From positions 1 to 59,206 of the IMG/VR virus record IMGVR_UViG_3300020281_000024: a stretch of DNA of 59,206 nucleotides, one strand, 5' to 3'. Below the pieces are notes generated by a model that was given only the letters and a program-made list of their open reading frames with translations, ran no database searches and was not told where the DNA came from. The position numbers were made by a program, and so were the translations under genes. Source of the DNA: a virus. Its lineage: Duplodnaviria > Caudoviricetes. Shown in pieces: positions 1 through 9,332 of the stretch; position 1 is the stretch's first letter; each line of letters opens with the position of its first letter.

Positions 1-270
1 AGTGTAAGAATAGAAGATGCCACAATAAGTGGGTTGAACTCAAACCAAAATTTAAATTTAATTGCGCCTGGTACAGGTTCAGTGAGGATTGATGACTCAA
101 TGATAATAGAGAACATGGTATCAGATCCGCCAAAATACAACACAGGTGTCAAATTATATGCAAAAACTCCAGGCGGCGGAGGCACAGGATTAAATTTTGT
201 AAATACAAACGACTCAAGAGGAGAAGTAATCAGCACAAATAGAGCATTACTTTTTGGATTGATATTTTAA
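1..270 (+). CDS. 3' end of a virion structural/fibre protein, truncated by the window start
   Basis: Frame is open from base 1 (SVRIEDATISGLNSNQNLNLIAPGTGSVRI...). Shares the L...GTGSV.I spacer repeat of the downstream fibre proteins and ends in a hydrophobic helix RALLFGLIF. The 34 start in the ORF track is an internal TTG. Confidence 0.7.
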   Translation, partial: SVRIEDATISGLNSNQNLNLIAPGTGSVRIDDSMIIENMVSDPPKYNTGVKLYAKTPGGGGTGLNFVNTNDSRGEVISTNRALLFGLIF

Positions 271-279
271 GGAGAAACA

Positions 280-612
280 ATGGCAATAACAAACGGTAAC
301 GTTGGAACAGGACAAACAGTTGACGTGTTAACTGTACCTGCAGGTAAAAGTTATGCTATCACTTCTGTGTTAATAACTAACACAGGATCAGAAGACCCAA
401 CAGGTGGGCAGGACAGTAGATTTTATCTATATGCTGTGACTGGTTCCTACACTGCGAATAATTCTATGATAGTCAATAATGCGGTACTTCCAGGAGCAGA
501 AACATTTACTTTAGACACTGAAAAATTAGTGTTGGGTGAAAATGACTCGTTAAAAGTTAGTGTGTCTGGTACAAACAGTGCATCAGTAGTAGTAAGTTAT
601 TTGGAGGTATAA
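280..612 (+). CDS. small virion beta-sandwich protein (paralog 1 of 3)
   Basis: SD AAGGAG upstream. Motifs TVPAGKSYAITSVLITN and EKLVL...VVVSYLEV are shared with 8518-8850 and 21925-22245. Confidence 0.7.
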   Translation: MAITNGNVGTGQTVDVLTVPAGKSYAITSVLITNTGSEDPTGGQDSRFYLYAVTGSYTANNSMIVNNAVLPGAETFTLDTEKLVLGENDSLKVSVSGTNSASVVVSYLEV

Positions 613-1409
613 TGAGGTATCTCAAGAGACAAAGCACCAACAGAAGACTGTTGAGAGGAAAAGGCGTAATATACGATCAATATGAAAATATTGAAATCCA
701 ATCTACTGGAGCCTTGTTAATGCCTAAAGGTACGACAGCACAAAGACCAACTGCTGTTGTTGGACAATTAAGATACAACACACAAACAAAATCATTTGAA
801 GCATACGAAGATTTACAGAATGGTGGAGCAACTTGGAAAGAGTTTAGACTGGCTGAACCTGTTGCAATCACACAACAAAATTTAGGAAACGGTGACGACA
901 CGGAAGTAAACTTCGGAATATTAAATTCTGCATACACAGGTTATCTTGTACCATCAACTGCACAATCAATTTTAGTTATGGTGGAGAACGTTTTACAGAT
1001 TCCAAGCACAAACTACACATTAACACAAAATCCATGTGATGTCTCAAGCAATCAAGTAGGTGTAATTGGTAATTACAACGCAACCAATGTAGGTGCATAT
1101 GTAAGTAACAATACAAGTATCGTAGATTGGTTAGCAAAAGGATATCACGTGGGACAGACTATTGTAGTGTCAGGTGCGGCAACTACAAACAACAACGGAA
1201 CAAAAACTGTAACGGCTGTGACTGCCTCTCATTTAAGTGTTAACTCACTATTAGCCACTGAAACAAACAGCGGACAGGGAAACACTTTCGTTGTAGATGG
1301 CAAAAGTTCAATTACAGGTGCGTCATATCCAGCAGGAACATACATCACGTTTGGTACAGCAGTGCCTACAGGAAAGCCTGTTACTGTGCTACATAACTTC
1401 GACAAATAA
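612..1409 (+). CDS. virion structural protein (fibre/baseplate associated)
   Basis: TAATG coupling to the upstream gene, SD GGAGG. Contains the PKGTTAQRP...GQLRYN...FEAY motif also present in 1437-4607 and 4783-8511. Confidence 0.65.
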   Translation: MRYLKRQSTNRRLLRGKGVIYDQYENIEIQSTGALLMPKGTTAQRPTAVVGQLRYNTQTKSFEAYEDLQNGGATWKEFRLAEPVAITQQNLGNGDDTEVNFGILNSAYTGYLVPSTAQSILVMVENVLQIPSTNYTLTQNPCDVSSNQVGVIGNYNATNVGAYVSNNTSIVDWLAKGYHVGQTIVVSGAATTNNNGTKTVTAVTASHLSVNSLLATETNSGQGNTFVVDGKSSITGASYPAGTYITFGTAVPTGKPVTVLHNFDK

Positions 1410-1413
1410 TCCA

Positions 1414-1420
1414 ATAAATA
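1414..1420 (+). promoter_or_regulatory. T4-like late promoter (ATAAATA)
   Basis: Intergenic ATAAATA upstream of SD AAGGAG and ATG 1437; resembles the T4 late consensus TATAAATA. Confidence 0.6.
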
Positions 1421-1436
1421 CTAAAAAAGGAGTGCC

Positions 1437-4400
1437 ATGCCAGTCACAAATGTAGGTAAAATATCGGGTCAGTTATTAAAAGCAAACTTGACAAGAACAA
1501 GTGATTTGCTTATTGACAATACCCAAGCCACAGCAACTCCTACGCTTTTCATAGGTCACACAAACGATAGAATTGGTATTAAAACAGATAGTCCTACAAG
1601 GGAATTATTGGTCAACGGTGATACCAAAATAACTGGTGACAGTATTCAGACAAACTCCATGACCGTGGGAAATCTTACCTTTAACGGCGTCACATCCACC
1701 GTTACAGCGTCGGTTGGATCGATTAACTTAAACAGTAGCGGAAGTCACACTTTCAATGAATTACGTACAGATAATTTGGCATTTACCAATAGTGGTATAA
1801 GAAGTTTAGGTGGATCTGATATCAAAATATATCCAGGTCCTGGAACAGGAAAATTTATTATTCCAACTGATTTAAAAAGTTATGGTGGCATTCACGCAAC
1901 AGGAGACATTACTTTTGATGGCAGTGTATTCCTTGGTGGTGACGGTCCAGAAGATTCTTTAACAGTTGGAGCAGATATAGATTCAAACCTAATACCAGAT
2001 GTAACCAGCACATATGACTTAGGTGAAACTGGTAAGCGTTGGGGACAAGTGCATCTTGCATCAATGCCAGGATTGACTGATGTAACAGTTGATAACACAA
2101 TTTCATTGGCAGGTGTAAGAGTAAACTTAGGTATTCAAAACAAATGGTATGTGAGTACAAATGGTGCTGACAACCTAGCAGGTAATCACCCTAACTTTGC
2201 CTTCGGCTCAATCAAACACGCATTAAATTACATACAAGAAAGTTCAGGCGGTCCACATCAATTGCATATTTTGCCTGGCACATACATAGAAGAATTTCCA
2301 TTAGAAGTACCTGAAAATGTTACTGTGAAAGGTTCAGGCATACGTTCTTGTATTATTAAACCATCAGTGCCTAAAAGATTCAATGATGCATTTATATTGA
2401 ACAACGCATCGATGGTAGCAGATGTCACTATACAAGATTTCCAATATGATTCAGCACAAGACAAAGGTTACGCATTTAGATTTTCTACAAATGCTGGTAT
2501 TGTAAGTAAGTCACCTTACATTCAGAACGTGACTGTGTTGACACATGGTGAAACAATGACTGCGTCGGATCCAAGAGGTTTCGATTCAGGAGATGCTGGT
2601 AAAGGTGCTTTATTAGATGCAAATGTTTTAGACACAGCCTCACCAAGAGCAAGTATGCTTTTCAATGGTGTAACTTTTATTACACCAGGTGTAGATGCGG
2701 TAACAGTTAAAAACGGATCAAGAATTGAATTTATAGATTGCTTTACATACTTTGCAAACAGAGGTTTGTATATGCAACATTCTTTAAATCAGTACACACC
2801 ATCTGCAGGTTCATACAATCCAGTAACTGGTGATATGACTCTTACAGTGGGCAATCACTCGATGAGAGTTGGTGAATCTGTAACAATAGCAGACAACAGT
2901 TTGACTTTTACGTGTGCCCAGGACAATCACCAAACTGATCACACTTACCCTAGAGCAACTGACCCTTATTCAGGCAAAAAAGTTATTATCACAGCCACAA
3001 CAGCAACTGAATTTACTTGTAACGTTGGAGTTTCAAGCAACGTAACAGCACACTTATTCAAAAGTGCAACGTCTAATGCAGTGTCAGAAGGCACTTTAAA
3101 CGAAGCAAGAGTAATTGCAAGTGCTACAATATATGGAAACAAAGGTGTTGTTGCAGATGGAAATGGTTGTTTAGCATACTTAATCAGTCATAACTTTGCA
3201 TATGTTGGCACAGGTAAAAATGTTGAAAATGAAACAGATATTATTAATCAAGAAAATGAAGTTGTCACAACAAACAATGCAAAAGTACATTTTGTAAGTC
3301 AAGATCAAGACGGAGATTTTAGAGTTGGTGAAAACTTCATTGTTGATTTAGGAAAAGGTACAACAAGTATTGACGTAACAGGATTGGACTTAACAGGTTC
3401 TACTTTAACTGTTGGTACACCAGGGTCAACAACTTTAATAAGTGCAACAGGTATAGATGTGCCTAACTTTAGAATTTCAAATAATACAATATCTACATTA
3501 CAAAATGGATTAACAATTGATTCTGCAGGCACAACAAATATTAATGCTAATGCACAAATGAATCAAAATGTCACTGTAAGTGGTGACGCAACAATTGCCG
3601 GTAGTGGTATTAATTTTGGTGATGCACCAGGTGACACTATTAATTTCTCAATGGACTTTACCGACAATCTTTTACCAAGTTCTAACACATCAAGCAATTT
3701 GGGAAGTGCAAACAAACAATGGCGTACTGCAAATTTTGAAAGAGCAGAAATAGATGGTATACAAATTAAAGATTCCACATTACAAACTACAGACACAAAT
3801 GCAGGAATTGATTTACGTGGTAGCGGCACTGGTTCAGTAAATTTAGAAGAATTAAGATTTAAAACTGAAATTACATCAACTCCAGCGAACGACGTTGGAT
3901 TCGGAGTTGGCGCCGGCAGTTTAAGATTTACTGGATTACAAGACATACAACTACCTAAAGGATCAACAGCACAAAGACCAGTGGCAGAAAATTCAGTTAG
4001 ATACAACACTGACGTGAACGAATTTGAAGTGCAATCGACTGGTAACATTCCTTTGGGCGGAATAAGAGATGGTGATTTAGACACAAAAGTAGATCTATCG
4101 GGAAACCAATTTACTTTCTTTTCAGCAGGTAGCAACATGGGAACCATTGATGGATTAGGTAATTTGACAGTTCCTAGATTTAGTTCACAAGACAAATTCA
4201 CTATCGATGGCAATCAAATTACTGTAAGCACACCTGGTGAAGAAGCGGCGCTTGTTGCAAGTGGAGGCAGAAAAGTTTTCTTAGATACCTCAGAATTTGA
4301 AATGCAAGGCAGTGAATTATTAGTTACTGGAACAAATAATGACATGGTTTTCACGGGTACAGGCGTCAAACAAAACAGAATTATACACTTTGAAACTACC

Positions 4401-4607
4401 CAAGCATACAAAGGTCACGCAGGAGACGAGGCTACCAGAGATGCTCAAACAGCCAGACAGGGTGAATTGTGGTGGAACACAACAAATTCTACATTAGAAG
4501 TTTACACAGGAAGCCAATGGAAATCTGCAACAGGTTTACAAGAAATTACGGTGACAGAGGCTTTTGCACAAGAGTTGAACTTGCTCTACAACCTCATATT
4601 AAACTAA
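1437..4607 (+). CDS. large tail-fibre/spike-like protein with a pectin-lyase-like beta-helix region
   Basis: N-terminal GKISGQLLKANL; WYVSTNGADN...PGTYIEEFPL beta-helix entry motif; LIPDVTSTYDLG..KRW repeats; paralog of 4783-8511. Confidence 0.7.
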   Translation: MPVTNVGKISGQLLKANLTRTSDLLIDNTQATATPTLFIGHTNDRIGIKTDSPTRELLVNGDTKITGDSIQTNSMTVGNLTFNGVTSTVTASVGSINLNSSGSHTFNELRTDNLAFTNSGIRSLGGSDIKIYPGPGTGKFIIPTDLKSYGGIHATGDITFDGSVFLGGDGPEDSLTVGADIDSNLIPDVTSTYDLGETGKRWGQVHLASMPGLTDVTVDNTISLAGVRVNLGIQNKWYVSTNGADNLAGNHPNFAFGSIKHALNYIQESSGGPHQLHILPGTYIEEFPLEVPENVTVKGSGIRSCIIKPSVPKRFNDAFILNNASMVADVTIQDFQYDSAQDKGYAFRFSTNAGIVSKSPYIQNVTVLTHGETMTASDPRGFDSGDAGKGALLDANVLDTASPRASMLFNGVTFITPGVDAVTVKNGSRIEFIDCFTYFANRGLYMQHSLNQYTPSAGSYNPVTGDMTLTVGNHSMRVGESVTIADNSLTFTCAQDNHQTDHTYPRATDPYSGKKVIITATTATEFTCNVGVSSNVTAHLFKSATSNAVSEGTLNEARVIASATIYGNKGVVADGNGCLAYLISHNFAYVGTGKNVENETDIINQENEVVTTNNAKVHFVSQDQDGDFRVGENFIVDLGKGTTSIDVTGLDLTGSTLTVGTPGSTTLISATGIDVPNFRISNNTISTLQNGLTIDSAGTTNINANAQMNQNVTVSGDATIAGSGINFGDAPGDTINFSMDFTDNLLPSSNTSSNLGSANKQWRTANFERAEIDGIQIKDSTLQTTDTNAGIDLRGSGTGSVNLEELRFKTEITSTPANDVGFGVGAGSLRFTGLQDIQLPKGSTAQRPVAENSVRYNTDVNEFEVQSTGNIPLGGIRDGDLDTKVDLSGNQFTFFSAGSNMGTIDGLGNLTVPRFSSQDKFTIDGNQITVSTPGEEAALVASGGRKVFLDTSEFEMQGSELLVTGTNNDMVFTGTGVKQNRIIHFETTQAYKGHAGDEATRDAQTARQGELWWNTTNSTLEVYTGSQWKSATGLQEITVTEAFAQELNLLYNLILN

Positions 4608-4646
4608 TATATTATTATAGCAATATAATATAAAACCAAAATCTTA

Positions 4647-4653
4647 ATAAATA
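4647..4653 (+). promoter_or_regulatory. T4-like late promoter (ATAAATA)
   Basis: Intergenic ATAAATA about 130 nt upstream of ATG 4783. Confidence 0.6.
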
Positions 4654-4660
4654 GTATTAA

Positions 4661-4760
4661 TGGTGTATCCGACCAGATATACCAGGACAAACCGTGGTTA
4701 ACCGGCGAAGAACTAACGAACACTGTTAGGTGAAAATCTGTGTTAGTGGGACAAGATCCC
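4661..4760 (+). ncRNA. candidate structured 5' leader RNA
   Basis: GC-richer than flanking spacers. Stems TGGTGTATC/GATATACCA (4661-4684), AACAC..AGGT-GAAA-ATCT-GTGTT (4719-4744) and GGGA-CAAGA-TCCC (4748-4760) lie between the late promoter and the SD. Confidence 0.4.
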
Positions 4761-4782
4761 CGTGCTAAAAAAGGAGTAAACA

Positions 4783-7700
4783 ATGGCCGTTGGTCGAATT
4801 TCGGGTCAACTCTTAAAGTCGAATCTTCTGAGACAAGGTCAGAATTTGGCTTTTGAGACAAACCTGTTATACATTGATGTTAACAACAACAGGGTCGGTA
4901 TAAAAACCGCAACTCCACAATATCCGTTGGATGTAAACGGGACAGCACGTACAACAAATTTAGAAGCAACTGGAAACGTCCAAGTTGGAAATATCACAAT
5001 ATCAGGAAACAGTATCACAACAACTGCAAATCAGTTGAACTTATCTGCACCTGACGGAATTTTATACAACAATAATCTACAAGTTGATGACCTTATAATC
5101 AGCGGTAACACAATTAGAGCCACTGATTCGAACCAGAATTTTGAGATTGTAACAAGCGGAACAGGTACAGTTGACATATATGGTGACACAAGAGTAAATG
5201 GTAACATCCACGCAACAGGTAACATCAGAACCGATGGTAATATCACTATTGGTGACCAAGACACAGATTCATTAACAATCAACGCGGATGTGGCATCCAA
5301 TCTAACTCCAGATGTGAGCAATACTTACGACCTAGGTACTGCAACAAAAAGATGGAACAATGCATACGCAAACAATTTAACTGTTGACAACTTAACACTA
5401 TCGGGAAACATCACAGTACAAGGACTAAACTTAACAGCACGTCCAGGCAAAGTGATATATGTTGCAACAAATGGTGATGACAGTAATTCAGGAACTCACC
5501 AAAACGATCCTTACGCAACAATTGAGCAGGCGTTGTCTGTTTGTGTTGCTGGTGATCACGTTCACGTCTATCCAGGCACATACACAGAAGCATTTCCATT
5601 AACTATGCCAACAGGTGTATCTTTGCGAGGTGATGGCTTAAGAGCAGTAACGATCCAACCAACTGGCGCAACAAATACAAAAGATGCTTTTATATTAAAT
5701 GGTGAAGTAACTATAGAAGATGTTACAATTACAGGTTTTTATTACAACAGTTCTGCAAACGAAGGACACGCATTTAGATTTAACCCTACTGGCAATGACG
5801 ATAGCACTGGTTATCAAGTTACATCTAGATCACCTTACATAAGAAATATTACAGTCATTACACAAGGTTCGACAACAACTGCGGCAGATCCAAGAGGTTT
5901 CGCGGCGGGCGATGCTGGAAGAGGAGCATTCTTTGATGGGGAACTTGCTACGCCAAACAGTAACGAGGCAAGTTGTTTATTCCAAAATGCAACATTTATC
6001 ACTCCAGGCGTTGACGCAATCACACTTACAAATGGTGTTAGAATAGAATGGTTAAACTCATTCACATACTTTGCATTATCAAGTATCAATGCTTACGACG
6101 GCACAAACGGATTGAAAGGTGCTGGTCAAACTGCATTGAAAGTTGGCGGCTTTTCGGGTACACCACTTGCACAAGGTCAAGTATTAAGTTATTACGATTC
6201 ACAAGGTAACCAATTAGCATCAGGCACTATTGCGGCAGTTGATGGAGATAAAATTTTTATCAACGGAAAATCATTAGGATTCCAATTACCTTCAGAACAA
6301 AACGGAAAAACTATACAAGCAATAGGTGATGCAAAATTAAACACAACAACTAAAAAATTCGGTTCAGCAAGTTTACAATTAGATGGCGTGGGTGATGCCG
6401 CAAAAATAAACACAAACGCAGACTTTGGCTTTGGCACAGGAGATTTTACTATAGACTTCTGGGCGTATCCTAATGCAGTGCAAACAACTTCATTGATTGA
6501 TATGCGTAACAATGTATCAGTCGAGAACGCATTATATTTTTACGTTGCAAACAACGTTCCAAAAGTTTATGTAAATGGCTCAGATATAATCACTGGTTCA
6601 CAAGGCTTTAACCTATCTACTTGGACACACTGTGAAATAGTTAGAAGCAGTGGCACAATCACAGTTTACATTAATGGTTCAAGTGTAGGAAGTGCAAGTG
6701 CATCGGCAGATTTTGCAAATGCAAAACCACTTGTAATAGGAAACAACTACGGAAACACAAATGGTTGGAATGGATACATTGATGGATTAAGAGTCTATAA
6801 AGGACAAGCGTTACACACAGGAAACTTTACAGCACCTACAACAGAAGCAGTTGGAAATGCAAACACAAAATTAGTTGCAAACTTTAACGGCAACAATGCA
6901 TCAACAACATTTTTAGATACAAATTTAATTGCACAAGATATTAGAACATCTGCAGGTGCAACAGCAACATCATTCACACTTGTTGACTACACAGACTTTG
7001 GTGCTGAGGTAAGATCAATAGCATCTGCTTCTATCTACGGAAGATTTGGAGTAAAAGGTGACGGTGTTGGTGTAAAAATGTATTTGATCAGTCACAACTT
7101 TGCATACATAGGAAATGATTACGAAGTAGACAATGATGCGGCAACTGTAATACAGGCAAACGAAGTTGTTGCAAATAACGGCGCAAAAATATTTTATAGT
7201 TCAGTTGACCACAGAGGAGACTTTAGAGTAGGCGATCAATTCAGTGTAAATCAACAAACAGGACAAGTAAGTTTCACAAGTGCTGATTTGAACATAGATG
7301 TTGATTCAACTTTAACATTTACAACAGGTCCAGATGTTACAACTATTTCAGGAAGTGAAATACAATCCGGAAATGTAAAAATTAGTGGAAATACAATAAC
7401 AACAACATCAGGCAATTTAAATTTAGATTCATTCACAGACACAGTTGCTTTTAGTGACAACGTAAACATCACAGGAAATTTAGATGTTGGTGGAGATATA
7501 ACGATTGGCGGTAACGTTACAATCGGTGATCAAACAACTGACAACATTACAATATCGGCGGGTATAGCATCAGACTTGATTCCAGCAACAAACAATTTGT
7601 ACAACATTGGTTCTTCAACAAAAAATTGGAACACACTTTTTGCAAACGAGGCAATAGTTGACAGTGTTAGAATTACAGGAAATAAAATTGAGTCAATAGA

Positions 7701-8511
7701 CACAAACGCAGATTTAGATTTAAGAACAAGTGGTACAGGAAACATAACACTTGAAAACTTTACCGCATCAGGTGACACGATTACAAATACTTCTGGAGAC
7801 TTCATAATTAATCCAGCAAGTTCAGTGTTCAAAGTTGCAGGTACGGGTTCAATCAGAATACCATCTGGTAACACAGCACAAAGACCTAACCCAGCAGTGG
7901 CAGGCATGATGAGATACAACACTCAGACAAATGTGTTTGAGGGTTACAATGGCTCAAACTGGATAGCATTGACAGGTGTGTACGACCTTGACCAGGACAC
8001 ATACATCACAGCAGAACTTACACCAGGTAATGATGATGACACAATAAGATTTTATGCGGCTAACCAACTTGTTGCAAACGTAAATTCAACAAGATTTGAC
8101 GTCACAAAATTGGTGGTTGATAACATAGAAATTAGTGGAAATACACTGACAACCACTGGAGTTGACCAGGATTTGATCCTAAATGCCAATGGAAATGGTA
8201 GTATAAGGATTGAAGACTTCAGATTCCAAGGAAATACGATAACTAATATTATATCTGCTCCGTTGAAGTTAAAAACAACTGGAACTGGGTATATTGATGT
8301 ATCAGACGCTGGTGGATTTGTTATTCCGGTTGGATCAACAGTAGATAGACCAGTAACTGGCTTGTTGGGTATGATTAGATACAATACCAACGATGAGCGG
8401 GTTGAGTTATACGACGGTACACAATGGGGATCAATTGCAGGATCTTCAGGTGCTGTAAGTATAATTGATGCAACAGAAATAGCCGTACAAATGGCGGTAA
8501 CATTAGGATAG
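4783..8511 (+). CDS. large tail-fibre/spike-like protein with beta-helix and inserted LamG/concanavalin-A-like domain
   Basis: MAVGRISGQLLKSNL start; YVATNGDDSNSG...PYATI..AL beta-helix entry; LamG-like segment FGTGDFTIDFW...WTHCEIVRSSG...YING...GYIDGLRVYKG (about 6330-6890); hydrophobic C-terminus IAVQMAVTLG. Confidence 0.75.
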   Translation: MAVGRISGQLLKSNLLRQGQNLAFETNLLYIDVNNNRVGIKTATPQYPLDVNGTARTTNLEATGNVQVGNITISGNSITTTANQLNLSAPDGILYNNNLQVDDLIISGNTIRATDSNQNFEIVTSGTGTVDIYGDTRVNGNIHATGNIRTDGNITIGDQDTDSLTINADVASNLTPDVSNTYDLGTATKRWNNAYANNLTVDNLTLSGNITVQGLNLTARPGKVIYVATNGDDSNSGTHQNDPYATIEQALSVCVAGDHVHVYPGTYTEAFPLTMPTGVSLRGDGLRAVTIQPTGATNTKDAFILNGEVTIEDVTITGFYYNSSANEGHAFRFNPTGNDDSTGYQVTSRSPYIRNITVITQGSTTTAADPRGFAAGDAGRGAFFDGELATPNSNEASCLFQNATFITPGVDAITLTNGVRIEWLNSFTYFALSSINAYDGTNGLKGAGQTALKVGGFSGTPLAQGQVLSYYDSQGNQLASGTIAAVDGDKIFINGKSLGFQLPSEQNGKTIQAIGDAKLNTTTKKFGSASLQLDGVGDAAKINTNADFGFGTGDFTIDFWAYPNAVQTTSLIDMRNNVSVENALYFYVANNVPKVYVNGSDIITGSQGFNLSTWTHCEIVRSSGTITVYINGSSVGSASASADFANAKPLVIGNNYGNTNGWNGYIDGLRVYKGQALHTGNFTAPTTEAVGNANTKLVANFNGNNASTTFLDTNLIAQDIRTSAGATATSFTLVDYTDFGAEVRSIASASIYGRFGVKGDGVGVKMYLISHNFAYIGNDYEVDNDAATVIQANEVVANNGAKIFYSSVDHRGDFRVGDQFSVNQQTGQVSFTSADLNIDVDSTLTFTTGPDVTTISGSEIQSGNVKISGNTITTTSGNLNLDSFTDTVAFSDNVNITGNLDVGGDITIGGNVTIGDQTTDNITISAGIASDLIPATNNLYNIGSSTKNWNTLFANEAIVDSVRITGNKIESIDTNADLDLRTSGTGNITLENFTASGDTITNTSGDFIINPASSVFKVAGTGSIRIPSGNTAQRPNPAVAGMMRYNTQTNVFEGYNGSNWIALTGVYDLDQDTYITAELTPGNDDDTIRFYAANQLVANVNSTRFDVTKLVVDNIEISGNTLTTTGVDQDLILNANGNGSIRIEDFRFQGNTITNIISAPLKLKTTGTGYIDVSDAGGFVIPVGSTVDRPVTGLLGMIRYNTNDERVELYDGTQWGSIAGSSGAVSIIDATEIAVQMAVTLG

Positions 8512-8517
8512 AATAAA

Positions 8518-8850
8518 ATGGCAACGACCTTTAGAAACAATGTAACAAAAAACATAGGAACTGTACCTAACTCTGTATACACAGCAGGTAACGGAATTTA
8601 CACAACTGTCGTTGGTATGGTTTTAGCAAATTTGACAGAATCAGTTGTGAAAGCAAGTGTAACTTTAACAGCAACTCCAGATTCAGTTACAGGTTTTATA
8701 GTAAAAGATGTATTGATAGCACCTAACTCCAGTTTACGTGTGTTGAACTCAGGAGAAAAATTAATTGTTGCAAGTCAAAACAGTTTGAACGTACAAGCAA
8801 ATATTAACGACTCACTTGATTGTGTGTTAAGTTACGTGGAGATAAGTTAA
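8518..8850 (+). CDS. small virion beta-sandwich protein (paralog 2 of 3)
   Basis: VYTAG...TVVGMVLAN...GEKLIV...VLSYVEIS; similar to 280-612. Confidence 0.7.
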   Translation: MATTFRNNVTKNIGTVPNSVYTAGNGIYTTVVGMVLANLTESVVKASVTLTATPDSVTGFIVKDVLIAPNSSLRVLNSGEKLIVASQNSLNVQANINDSLDCVLSYVEIS

Positions 8851-8851
8851 G

Positions 8852-9313
8852 ATGTCAAATACGGTTGGTCAGGATACAGTTGTTTATTTAGAAAATGGTA
8901 TAAAGTCGAGATACTTCTACGGATTAAGAAGAACAGACGAAGGAACTTTATACATTGGAAAAGTTGACCAACTACAAGCAAATGATCCTGTAACAATTAA
9001 CGTGCCAGGTGCGATAGTTGACAACTACGAAGGTTTTGACCAAGGTGAAGATTTTTACGAAGGAAGAGATTTAAATCACGCTAAACCATTTAAAAATTTA
9101 AAGTACGAACAATTTAGATGGGATGATGTAAATTTAAATTATTACATCAACAGCGAAGGAGAATTTGTTGTTCGATTAAACAGTAAAGTTGGAGACGGAA
9201 CTATCACGTATCCACAAACTGATGAAACTTTAGTGGCACAACCAAGTGTGTTTACTATGGATAAGAACACAATTAAATTTGATAGTAACGAAATAACATT
9301 CGATAGAACGTAA
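8852..9313 (+). CDS. hypothetical virion protein, paralog of 10628-11002
   Basis: RYFYGLRRT.EG...GEDFYEGRD...YEQFRWD; C-terminal MDKNTIKFDSNEITFD repeat. Confidence 0.65.
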   Translation: MSNTVGQDTVVYLENGIKSRYFYGLRRTDEGTLYIGKVDQLQANDPVTINVPGAIVDNYEGFDQGEDFYEGRDLNHAKPFKNLKYEQFRWDDVNLNYYINSEGEFVVRLNSKVGDGTITYPQTDETLVAQPSVFTMDKNTIKFDSNEITFDRT

Positions 9314-9332
9314 ACGTGGGAGGATACGAAGA

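Noticed and set aside
4681-4760. c-di-GMP-I riboswitch call for the structured leader
   Set aside because: Only a partial GG.CAAACC resemblance; the GNRA loop position and GACGCAAA core are missing, so it is kept as an unnamed candidate.
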